Below are positions 46,718 through 54,422 of a DNA stretch of 64,000 nucleotides, one piece after another; the first letter of the stretch is position 1; the number at the start of each line of letters is the position of its first letter. Both the position numbers and the translations under genes were made by a program. Below the pieces are notes generated by a model, which worked only from the letters and a program-made list of their open reading frames with translations, had not been told where the DNA came from and ran no database searches. This DNA is from a virus, in IMG/VR virus record IMGVR_UViG_3300025141_000055, positions 1-64,000 of that record. One strand, 5' to 3'.

Positions 46718-46845
46718 TTGCATCTCCGGGACCCATTTCCATCACAAGTCCATGGCCTACCGCCTCGGGGGATGCTTCTAACAGTGCCTTTGATGTAAAT
46801 CATATGAGGGTTTATGCCTATATCTGTATACTCGTAGAATATTAA
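46300..46845 (+). CDS. Tail fibre B' with one tail-collar domain (paralog of 44655)
   Basis: ICDGSAISRATYA.L, LPDFR.G.YFRG.D.GR..D, VGSYQ...QHTH. Confidence 0.85.
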   Translation: MAYLGHIACKAAHVGDTYQIRKETYHICDGSAISRATYAGLSALWPTGAYGSTVSDIHLPDFREGVYFRGADLGRDVDEDYASRTVLSGGTTSPITSGVGSYQTANMVQHTHPYGTQPGFSRSNGGGDGNCCYPVSQGSFASPGPISITSPWPTASGDASNSAFDVNHMRVYAYICILVEY

Positions 46846-46921
46846 AACCTCTTCATTTGTGTTTAGAGGACCGGCAGCCCTCATCTCCCATGTACAGTGA
46901 GATGCCAAGGCTTTTTACAGC

Positions 46922-47494
46922 GTGGAGAATTTTATTAGACGGTATCGGGTGGGTCCCGAGTACTGCGGCCAGATTATTAAATGGTTTGAGGATAATCCCC
47001 AGCTTCATGAAGCGGGAGTTGTAGGTACCGGGGGCTCCGTAGGGGAGGTAGTACCTACGGTTAAACAGTCAACGATTATTCAACTTTCTCTTGCGGAGGC
47101 TTACGAAATCTCGGAAGATTTTCGAGCTGTTCTTGACCATCTCTGGGATTGTGTTGCCACCTACACCATGGAGTTTGAGGAACTGACGGGGATGAATTTT
47201 TCGATGACCGAGAAGTTCATGATTGCCAGGTATCTCCCTGGTGAAGGTTTTTTCTCTCATCATTGTGAAAGGACCGATGTGTGGTCTGCCAACAGGCTGC
47301 TCGTGTGGCTTGTTTACCTAACTAGTAATGGAGCTGAGGGAGGAACTCATTTCAGATACTTGGATCATACCGAGCATGCGGAAGCAGGTAAGCTATTAGT
47401 TTGGCCTCCGGATTTTACTCATAGTCATCGGGGAGTGACTGACGAGAAAACAAAATATATTCTCACGGGTTGGTACGATCTTATAAATTTCTAG
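46922..47494 (+). CDS. 2OG-Fe(II) oxygenase (prolyl-hydroxylase-like)
   Basis: RY.PGEGF..HCE (HxE), R.LVWLVYL, GGT.F, G.L.VWP..FTH.HRG, KYILTGW. Confidence 0.9.
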   Translation: MENFIRRYRVGPEYCGQIIKWFEDNPQLHEAGVVGTGGSVGEVVPTVKQSTIIQLSLAEAYEISEDFRAVLDHLWDCVATYTMEFEELTGMNFSMTEKFMIARYLPGEGFFSHHCERTDVWSANRLLVWLVYLTSNGAEGGTHFRYLDHTEHAEAGKLLVWPPDFTHSHRGVTDEKTKYILTGWYDLINF

Positions 47495-47498
47495 GAAG

Positions 47499-48143
47499 AT
47501 GGGACAGACTCCTCAGTATCAACACTCTACGGCTACATCGCCTTTAACTCATTTCATTCGTACTTTCGATAATCTTCTTCCTGAACCTTTTTGTGAGGCG
47601 GTAATAGAGGAGTATAGCGAGCCCAATGGGTTGTGGGAAGATTCCTTCATCTACCATGAATTGGAGTCAGGAGATAGTGTGAAGGATGACACGTGGAGGA
47701 CATCGTCACAGCTCAATATCTCGTTAGGTAATGTTATTAATGTCAACCCAGGTCATCGCCGTCAGTTAGATATAGATCTATTTAGTTACGTAGGTCAGGC
47801 GCTTAATGCTTACATGAACATTTTTGGTGATGTAAGTGTTCGTAAAGATAATGGGTATACATTATTGAGATATGGTCCTAATGAGTTTTATAAGGAGCAT
47901 TATGACTATGTCAGTCGAGAGCAAGCTAAAGGTGCAGACGCCGGAGAGGTAAGAGAGTTAACCCTTCTTATCCAGTTAAATAGCGATTTTGAGGGAGGAG
48001 GTTTAACTTTTTTCAATGACACTTTCCGCATCCCTGTTAGTACTGGATCGGCTACTATTTTCCCCTCTTCTTTTATGTTTCCTCACCAAGCTCTTCCTGT
48101 AAAAAGCGGAACCCGTTATGCGATTGTTTCGTGGTTTCACTAA
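47499..48143 (+). CDS. 2OG-Fe(II) oxygenase (prolyl-hydroxylase-like)
   Basis: LLRY....FYKEHYD, LN.DFEGG.L.F, FPS.FMFPH...PV.SGTRY.IVSW. Confidence 0.9.
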   Translation: MGQTPQYQHSTATSPLTHFIRTFDNLLPEPFCEAVIEEYSEPNGLWEDSFIYHELESGDSVKDDTWRTSSQLNISLGNVINVNPGHRRQLDIDLFSYVGQALNAYMNIFGDVSVRKDNGYTLLRYGPNEFYKEHYDYVSREQAKGADAGEVRELTLLIQLNSDFEGGGLTFFNDTFRIPVSTGSATIFPSSFMFPHQALPVKSGTRYAIVSWFH

Positions 48144-48183
48144 AAGTATCAGTTAATATAAAAAAAGTTGGCCCAATTTTTGG

Positions 48184-48558
48184 ATGGTCCATCAGGAATC
48201 AGATTTAGTGTTCACTCTCCAGTGTTTGCAAAAGAGGACAGCTAGAAAAAGATTCCGACGAATAATATTAGATGAGTGGGGAGGATGTGCTTATTGTGGG
48301 AGACATAAACCCTCCAGTGTGGACCACGTTATACCGCGCGCTAAAGGAGGAGGGACTGTTAAAAGCAACCTCGTGGCGTGTTGCGGTGAGTGTAATTTAT
48401 GTAAGTCTGATCTAGACTGGGGTGAATGGTTTAGACAACAGGATTTCTGGTGTCCCGATAGGGAAGTGAAAATATTAGAGTGGCTCCACCAGGCAGAAGA
48501 CGTGAAGGCCCTAGAGAAAGAACAACCCTGGGTTATTCCTCTCTTAACCGCGGCGTAG
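48184..48558 (+). CDS. HNH endonuclease
   Basis: CAYCG...DHVIPRAKGG.....NLVACC..CN..K. Confidence 0.9.
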   Translation: MVHQESDLVFTLQCLQKRTARKRFRRIILDEWGGCAYCGRHKPSSVDHVIPRAKGGGTVKSNLVACCGECNLCKSDLDWGEWFRQQDFWCPDREVKILEWLHQAEDVKALEKEQPWVIPLLTAA

Positions 48559-48714
48559 TTACTGCTTAACTTTAGTGGTGAGAATACCGGCTAGCTTCTC
48601 CACAAGTTTATAGATGCGTCCATAGACCTCGTTATCTTTCGGGGTGGGGGTCACATTCACAATAGCCAGGGCTAGTAAGTGCAGAGCGCCTATGATCCCT
48701 ATAAGGTTTTCCAT
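48559..48714 (-). CDS. Small holin-like membrane protein (51 aa)
   Basis: Manually translated: MENLIGIIGALHLLALAIVNVTPTPKDNEVYGRIYKLVEKLAG...; TM segment plus TPTPKD motif. Confidence 0.6.
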   Translation of the reverse strand: MENLIGIIGALHLLALAIVNVTPTPKDNEVYGRIYKLVEKLAGILTTKVKQ

Positions 48715-48765
48715 GCGATTGGGTGAAATCCGGTATGATTATAGTAGCAAAACGTCTTCTTTTTC

Positions 48766-49026
48766 ATGCCTGACATCCTAGATGATGCTGTTAAATCCAT
48801 CATGCGTGAGAACCCGAAGATGGATAAGAGTTCCGCGTATGCAATTGCCGTTAGCACTTTACAGAAAGCGGGGGATCTAAAAAAGGGAACTTATGAGTCG
48901 ACCGAAAAGGGTAAGAGAAGGGCGGAGATGAGTAAGGCCAGCCGGGCTAAAACCAGGGCAGAAAAATATAAAAAGGAGAGGGAAGCCGGCCGCAAATTTA
49001 AACGGAATACCTCGGGGAGGGACTAG
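48766..49026 (+). CDS. Small basic protein
   Basis: MP.IL...V..I......KSSAYAIA...LQK.G.LK.GT...T.KG. Confidence 0.65.
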   Translation: MPDILDDAVKSIMRENPKMDKSSAYAIAVSTLQKAGDLKKGTYESTEKGKRRAEMSKASRAKTRAEKYKKEREAGRKFKRNTSGRD

Positions 49027-49028
49027 TT

Positions 49029-49166
49029 TTGGCAGATGATTAGATTCAGAAAGCAATTGAGCGCCCCGGAGCGTTCAGTAAGAAAGCGAAGGAGCGTGGG
49101 CTTACTACGGCTCAGTTTGCTGACAAGGTAGAAGCAAACCCGGAGCATTATTCGGATGGAGTTTAA
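49029..49166 (+). pseudogene. Small phage gene with an in-frame TAG at codon 5
   Basis: TTG GCA GAT GAT TAG ATT CAG AAA GCA ATT GAG CGC CCC GGA GCG TTC reads MADD*IQKAIERPGAF; similar phage proteins typically read WIQ.AI..PGA, implying TGG>TAG. Confidence 0.5.
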
Positions 49167-49168
49167 TT

Positions 49169-49519
49169 ATGGATGAGTTTAATCAGGCCTTTGGCGGACA
49201 GCAGTTTGACAATGCTGGAGACGCATTTACTGCTGGGTATTTAAGAATGGCTGGCGAGACTGAGCTGCCAGGTGAATTGAATGTTCTGCGCAATCTATTA
49301 ATGATGGGACGATTAGAGGATCACACTGGTGCAGTGACCGTTACTCGTGATGGTTCCTTAGAAGTTGCGCCGAGCAATAGTAACTGGGGACTGAGAGGAT
49401 CCTTTGGTTATGATCCAAGCACGATGGTGTACTATCGCACGATGATACCCGAAGGTGCCTATACACCTCCAGGTCAGTCTGTAGACAATGCACTTCTTGA
49501 ATTTGAGCAGTCGTATTGA
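49169..49519 (+). CDS. Hypothetical protein
   Basis: ORF track. Confidence 0.55.
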   Translation: MDEFNQAFGGQQFDNAGDAFTAGYLRMAGETELPGELNVLRNLLMMGRLEDHTGAVTVTRDGSLEVAPSNSNWGLRGSFGYDPSTMVYYRTMIPEGAYTPPGQSVDNALLEFEQSY

Positions 49520-49774
49520 TTAGTAGTGTCCTTGCAGGTAACTAATCCTTGTGGACTGTAGATGTATACGTAGTGACCAATCTGATAGTTTTGCCCGACT
49601 CCGTAGAACATCTGAAGGCAGGTGATTGTGGTGCAGAGAGTTTGCATGGGAATAGTTTCGTAGGTAATTATCAAGGGCCGCTGTATGGGCCCCATCCTGA
49701 TCTATGGGAGAGACGTCGAGGACAGAGAAGCAGGCTAATTTGGCGGAGACGCTACGCAAGGTGCGTAAGTACAA
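49520..49774 (-). CDS. Hypothetical protein with signal-peptide-like N-terminus
   Basis: ORF track; best of several overlapping candidates. Confidence 0.35.
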   Translation of the reverse strand: MYLRTLRSVSAKLACFSVLDVSPIDQDGAHTAALDNYLRNYSHANSLHHNHLPSDVLRSRAKLSDWSLRIHLQSTRISYLQGHY

Positions 49775-49941
49775 GGGGAAGAAAAAGTAGAGTCTAGGAA
49801 CCCTCTTATTTCAGTGGTGGCAATAACAGCCACGAAGTAGCCTACTAAGGAAGTTGTGAATAATAAAGTGAATTTTCCCGCGAGGATTAAAGAGCTGTGG
49901 ATGACGTGGGTCGTCCGGCCTGCATTCATTTTTGTGTTCAT
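49735..49941 (-). CDS. Hypothetical membrane protein
   Basis: One TM segment. Confidence 0.4.
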   Translation of the reverse strand: MNTKMNAGRTTHVIHSSLILAGKFTLLFTTSLVGYFVAVIATTEIRGFLDSTFSSPCTYAPCVASPPN

Positions 49942-49997
49942 GTTAATTGTGGGAGTGGCCCTTAAGTGGGCTGAGATTGAAGAGTTGTGGATTCGGG

Positions 49998-50348
49998 TTA
50001 CACGGAGTCGCTATCGCGATTAAGTACCCAAGGAGCGGTGATGCGGAGAACTTTACCATTCTGTTCCCTAGTGTATAAAGGCGCGTTAGCTTTCTTTTCT
50101 TCGATGTCCCATTCTTCATGTAGTTGAACAAAGTCTTTTTCAAGTTTTGCCATGACGATGCCTGTTCTAAATTCGGTCCAGTCAGGATGGCAGTTATCTT
50201 TAGCTCTAATTACCCATGGGTTGAGACGGATCTTGGGATAAAATCTTTCGAGAAAGATAAGGGTCTCAAAAACTAGGGCATTGAATTTGTTGTAAGGAAT
50301 ATCTTCCATTTCCGGTAGACTAGGAGTAACAGTTGAAGAATTACTCAT
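49998..50348 (-). CDS. Hypothetical protein
   Basis: ORF track. Confidence 0.5.
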   Translation of the reverse strand: MSNSSTVTPSLPEMEDIPYNKFNALVFETLIFLERFYPKIRLNPWVIRAKDNCHPDWTEFRTGIVMAKLEKDFVQLHEEWDIEEKKANAPLYTREQNGKVLRITAPWVLNRDSDSV

Positions 50349-50745
50349 GGCTCAGTGCACATTTAATAGAGAGTTGAATGCTGCTCCCGCTGAGACTGGC
50401 ATGTGGGGACAGTTCAGGGTGGAGGACTCCTCTGATTGTACGTTTGACGGATACAACGGTTTTACAGCCGACGGCTCCTTCCCTCTAGCTGATCGTTACA
50501 ATATGATACATGTCGATACCGGGACGGCCACATATACTCTTCAACCTGAGTCTTTCGGAGTTAGTGGAGCTCGGATTCTTGATGCTAATGGCACCCTATT
50601 AGGTGAGTTAGCAGCCCCCCAGACTAGCCGCAGAACTTCTTCAAGCGTTTCGTTCTCCGTAAGTGGAGGTAGTACTGCAACCTTATATGTCGATAAAACA
50701 GCACGCTCTCCTGCTATCTACAGGCTGGTAGCTGCGGTTGCATAA
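50347..50745 (+). CDS. Small beta-rich probable virion protein
   Basis: Beta-sandwich-like composition. Confidence 0.55.
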   Translation: MAQCTFNRELNAAPAETGMWGQFRVEDSSDCTFDGYNGFTADGSFPLADRYNMIHVDTGTATYTLQPESFGVSGARILDANGTLLGELAAPQTSRRTSSSVSFSVSGGSTATLYVDKTARSPAIYRLVAAVA

Positions 50746-50820
50746 GGACCTGATTTAAGAGCTTACTTTTTGTTACCAAAAGTAGGGTTCCCGAGCTAAG
50801 GTGCCGTTGGAGTTTTCCTG

Positions 50821-52086
50821 GTGCTCGTGGAGGTTTCTGCTGAGGGGGTTGAACTTATAAAGCAGTTTGAGGAACTGCATTTATCAGCGCAATCGGACAG
50901 AGAAGGGGAGCTTTACATCGGATATAACCATAGAGGGGCGGACATTTGTGAAGGTCAACTTCTTCATCCTGAGGAAGCACATACGCTTTTGGTGGAGGAT
51001 GCTAGATACTATGGGCGTTGTGTGACTACTTATGTTGACCCTAAGCTTTCTCAGAATGAGTTCGACGCGTTAGTTTCTTTTTGCTTCAGTATTGGTTCTA
51101 ATGCTTTTTTAGAGTCGTCCACTCTTAAACTCCTCAATCAAGGGACTAAACGCTCGATCGTAGCTAGTGAATTAATGCGGGAGGTGCCCCGTAAAAAAAG
51201 TACGGGGGAGCTTTGTTTTTTTTCTAGTCGGCGTACCGCGGAGAAAGCTCTTTTTTTACGTAAGCCGAAACATCCCTTATTAGGTCATTCGATCTACGCT
51301 AAAACCGAAACATGGCTAAAGAGGCTTCCTCTCGAGCCTGATGAGTTACAACCGGAAGAGAAGTTATTTGTTCCTAAAGGAAGTGCCCATGAATGGGCCT
51401 CCTTAACCGAGTACCCGGGTGAAAAAAATAAAGAAGTAAAGCTTGTCTCTCAACCGACGCAGGCGTGGTGGATTAATCCTAGTGACTGGAAGGTTATTAA
51501 TGATAAGGATGAGGCAATGGAACATCTATCACCCCGGGGTATTTCATTAGGGGTTCCTTATTACCCCCAGAGGGAGAATGGGTCTGACTTTAGTTGTTGT
51601 TGTGCAATGTTATTAGCTGGGTTACAGCCGGAGATGGTGGGAACACAGGAAGATTATTATGAGGAAGTTCAGCGCCGTGGGGATGAGAGGCAGGATATAA
51701 CTCAGCTCGAGACTCTTAGTTCTTATGGGTTGGATGCGGAGTTTTGTGAAACGGGGTATTGGATAACTGTAGAAGAACTAATTGAACAAGGAGCGCCGGT
51801 ACCCTTGGGTATTCTTCATGAAGGTCCCTTATCGTGTCCCTCGGGATCAGGCCACTGGATATGCGCTGTAGGTCTGACTGAGGACAGAAAAAGTTTAATT
51901 TGTCATGACCCCTGGGGATATCTTTCTTTAAAGGATGGCAGCTATATCACTGAGAAAGGGGAATCAGTAATTTATTCAAAGGAGGAGCTCGCTCCCCGCT
52001 GGATGGCAGGTGGTATAGGAACGGGCTGGTTTATTCGACCCACCAAGAAATATCTCATTGATCGGAAATTTCGATTATTATTTTGA
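50821..52086 (+). CDS. Endolysin-like fusion: GH24 lysozyme plus C39-like peptidase (atypical catalytic motifs)
   Basis: G..LIK.FE, IGY.H, LSQNEFDALVSF.F..G, STL.KLLN, RR.AE..LF; then L.VPYYPQ, G.PVP.G.LH.G....P.G.GHW, HDPWG. Confidence 0.8.
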   Translation: MLVEVSAEGVELIKQFEELHLSAQSDREGELYIGYNHRGADICEGQLLHPEEAHTLLVEDARYYGRCVTTYVDPKLSQNEFDALVSFCFSIGSNAFLESSTLKLLNQGTKRSIVASELMREVPRKKSTGELCFFSSRRTAEKALFLRKPKHPLLGHSIYAKTETWLKRLPLEPDELQPEEKLFVPKGSAHEWASLTEYPGEKNKEVKLVSQPTQAWWINPSDWKVINDKDEAMEHLSPRGISLGVPYYPQRENGSDFSCCCAMLLAGLQPEMVGTQEDYYEEVQRRGDERQDITQLETLSSYGLDAEFCETGYWITVEELIEQGAPVPLGILHEGPLSCPSGSGHWICAVGLTEDRKSLICHDPWGYLSLKDGSYITEKGESVIYSKEELAPRWMAGGIGTGWFIRPTKKYLIDRKFRLLF

Positions 52087-52324
52087 GCCAAGCAATGAAT
52101 CTCCGATGACCCAAGACACGAGCGACGCCTACCTAGAGAATTGGGATTGGCGTGATGAGCAGAAAAAAGCTGAATTTATGGAGGATTTATATCAGTTCTA
52201 CGGTAAAGGAGACTCCCTTTTTACCGGCTTGTGGCTGGAGTTTAAAGAGGATTTGGCCCAACACGCTCGACGCAAGGTCACCAACGGTCTTTGTAAGATT
52301 GAGGATTTGTTTAAAGCTGAATAA
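52058..52324 (+). CDS. Hypothetical protein
   Basis: FME.LY........FTGLW pattern of cyanophage hypotheticals. Confidence 0.55.
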   Translation: MIGNFDYYFEPSNESPMTQDTSDAYLENWDWRDEQKKAEFMEDLYQFYGKGDSLFTGLWLEFKEDLAQHARRKVTNGLCKIEDLFKAE

Positions 52325-52356
52325 GATCCTAAACTTATTAAATAATAAGGACTCTT

Positions 52357-52596
52357 ATGGGCCGCGAGAGGGATTACAGAAAGGAATATGATGAGCACGG
52401 AGCCACGTCTGAGCAGAAAAAGAGACGTGCGGCCCGCAATAAAGCGCGTCGGTTTATGGAAAAGAATGGAAGGGTGAAGAAAGGAGATGGGAAAGAAGTC
52501 GACCACAAAGATCACAATCCGGAGAATAATTCCACTAAAAATCTCCGCGTGGTAGACAAGAAGACTAATAGGGAAAAACAACCAAAACGGAGTTAA
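52357..52596 (+). CDS. Small HNH-like protein
   Basis: RDYRKEY....EQKKRRAARNKARR.....G...KGDGK.VDHKD.NP.NN...NL.V.....NR. Confidence 0.8.
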   Translation: MGRERDYRKEYDEHGATSEQKKRRAARNKARRFMEKNGRVKKGDGKEVDHKDHNPENNSTKNLRVVDKKTNREKQPKRS

Positions 52597-52605
52597 ACTA
52601 GACTG

Positions 52606-53118
52606 ATGGAACCTCAACACAATTTCCTCCAGCGCCCCGGTGGATTGGGACCAATGGCTGAGCGGGTTAAACCGCTGGGAGCTATTACTCCCAGTAACCC
52701 TGCTACCTATACCAATGACCCCAGTGCTATTGGGGCTCGTTTATCAGCTCAGTTAGATGATGTTAATCGTACTGAGAGTCAGTATCTAGTTGATCGGGGG
52801 GAGTACTCCCGACCCCCAATAGGTCCTACAAACTATCAGGAGGCTAATATTATGCCTTCGCAGGAGCAGACGGGAGTGGCTGGCTATAACCAGCAAGGAG
52901 AGATAAAGTTTCCAGAGAGAGCTGCCGATCTGAATAAGGCTCAGTACTTAGTTGATACTGCTAATTCAATGGATTCTCAGCTACGTGAACAGATGCAGAT
53001 TTTGACCTCCCTGCCTCAACAGAATTTTGTGAATACCCAGGATCCTTCACATTATTTTGGTACGAGTTATCGGATGCCTAATTCTTTACCTCTTCAACCT
53101 CTTCCTCCTAAAAAGTAG
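52606..53118 (+). CDS. Hypothetical protein
   Basis: ORF track; internal QYLVD duplication. Confidence 0.55.
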   Translation: MEPQHNFLQRPGGLGPMAERVKPLGAITPSNPATYTNDPSAIGARLSAQLDDVNRTESQYLVDRGEYSRPPIGPTNYQEANIMPSQEQTGVAGYNQQGEIKFPERAADLNKAQYLVDTANSMDSQLREQMQILTSLPQQNFVNTQDPSHYFGTSYRMPNSLPLQPLPPKK

Positions 53119-53261
53119 TGCAGACTAATCAAGCCGATACGGTTCGCATGGCCGGCATGAGGCTGGGAATGAAGCCTGCCCACATGCAGGAATGGGTCGG
53201 GAATCCTCGCGAAATCACAGCTCGGCTCCGGTACCAACAGACTTACACCAACTCTCCTTGA
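53118..53261 (+). CDS. Small hypothetical protein (47 aa)
   Basis: TAGTG coupling; manually translated MQTNQADTVRMAGMRLGMKP... Confidence 0.4.
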   Translation: MQTNQADTVRMAGMRLGMKPAHMQEWVGNPREITARLRYQQTYTNSP

Positions 53262-53282
53262 AGTTACCGCCCTGTGTCAAGC

Positions 53283-53849
53283 CTAAGGAACACTAAAAGG
53301 AGTGTAGAGGCACCACCCCGTGGCAATGTATTTATCTCCAATATTTGGACATACTCCCCTATGGGTATGGGTCCAATAAGCGGGCCATACAGCACCGACA
53401 CCTGCTTTGGCTTCTAAGATGGTGTCTTGGAGGATGAACTCTGTCCCACACTCAGCATTGTTTAAGTAAAAAATCCACGCGAGCATTCGGTAGGGGTAGG
53501 TCGTGTTAGGCATGGGAGCATACTCCATATGTGCAGCGGAGTAGCCTTCTCCATCTTTGTAGTGCTGGAGATTGTATGTGGGAGAAATGTTGAACTGATA
53601 CCCTTCTTCTAAGATGGGATATTTATCTACATACTGATCCATTAGAGTTACCATAGCGGGTAGAAGAATAGCGTTATAAACCAGATGAAGAGGGTTGCCC
53701 AGTTCACAAGCAATATCAGTAGAGACTTTTTGGTCGCTTTTTACTTCGTTCCCTGCTACGTGTCCCGGTATCCTTAGGTCGTCGTTATTAAAGTGCTTAA
53801 TAATCGTGTCACATTCTTCGGAGGTTAAAACTTTGAAGGTCTCAATCAT
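53283..53849 (-). CDS. 2OG-Fe(II) oxygenase
   Basis: NLQHY..GEGY...HME, RMLAWIFYLN, GTEF, WPAYWTHTHRG, KYIATGW. Confidence 0.9.
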   Translation of the reverse strand: MIETFKVLTSEECDTIIKHFNNDDLRIPGHVAGNEVKSDQKVSTDIACELGNPLHLVYNAILLPAMVTLMDQYVDKYPILEEGYQFNISPTYNLQHYKDGEGYSAAHMEYAPMPNTTYPYRMLAWIFYLNNAECGTEFILQDTILEAKAGVGAVWPAYWTHTHRGVCPNIGDKYIATGWCLYTPFSVP

Positions 53850-53855
53850 GTTCTC

Positions 53856-54422
53856 TTAAGGGTTGACCTTATTCCAGGGGTCGACTCCTTTTTGAGGGTC
53901 GGAAGGAGTAAGGTTCGCTTTTTGTTGGAGTTGCAATAATCTCATTTGAGTAGCGAGAGAATCCCTTTCGGCTACAAGAGGCCCAATTTGAGCTTGAGCC
54001 CAGTTCTGTGCATTATTTGTAAGCTCATCTAATACCGCTGCTGTATGTGGAAATACAAAGGCGACCCCCACTCCTTGTTTGGTATGGATCTTACTGCCTC
54101 CAGTCTGTTCGGCCAGGTTGGTTAAAAATCCGTGGGCTTGTTCAGTAGTTATACCGGCAAGACATCCCAATTGAATGGGATCAATCAGGCCGCGATTGGT
54201 TTCGTAGAGAGCGGTAAATGTAGTAGTGACACGATCATTAGCCTCTTTCTTTTTCTCACTTTTTCGTCTTGCATCTTCAACGATTGAGGCACCTCCACAT
54301 ATTCCTCCGGCAAAAGCTAAACCGGCTCCCGCAAACTGAGGAGAAGTAAAGGCCAGAGCGCAACTAACTCCTGCTCCACTGAGGATCGCTAGTATTATGT
54401 GAGGGTTGATTCGCTGGGTCAT
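53856..54422 (-). CDS. Hypothetical two-TM membrane protein
   Basis: Two N-terminal hydrophobic helices. Confidence 0.6.
   Translation of the reverse strand: MTQRINPHIILAILSGAGVSCALAFTSPQFAGAGLAFAGGICGGASIVEDARRKSEKKKEANDRVTTTFTALYETNRGLIDPIQLGCLAGITTEQAHGFLTNLAEQTGGSKIHTKQGVGVAFVFPHTAAVLDELTNNAQNWAQAQIGPLVAERDSLATQMRLLQLQQKANLTPSDPQKGVDPWNKVNP

Noticed and set aside
10745-53160. Recurring (M/F)AG motif, usually preceded by R, in four small proteins (9992, 35198, 49169, 53118)
   Set aside because: Too short to distinguish from chance without homolog alignments.
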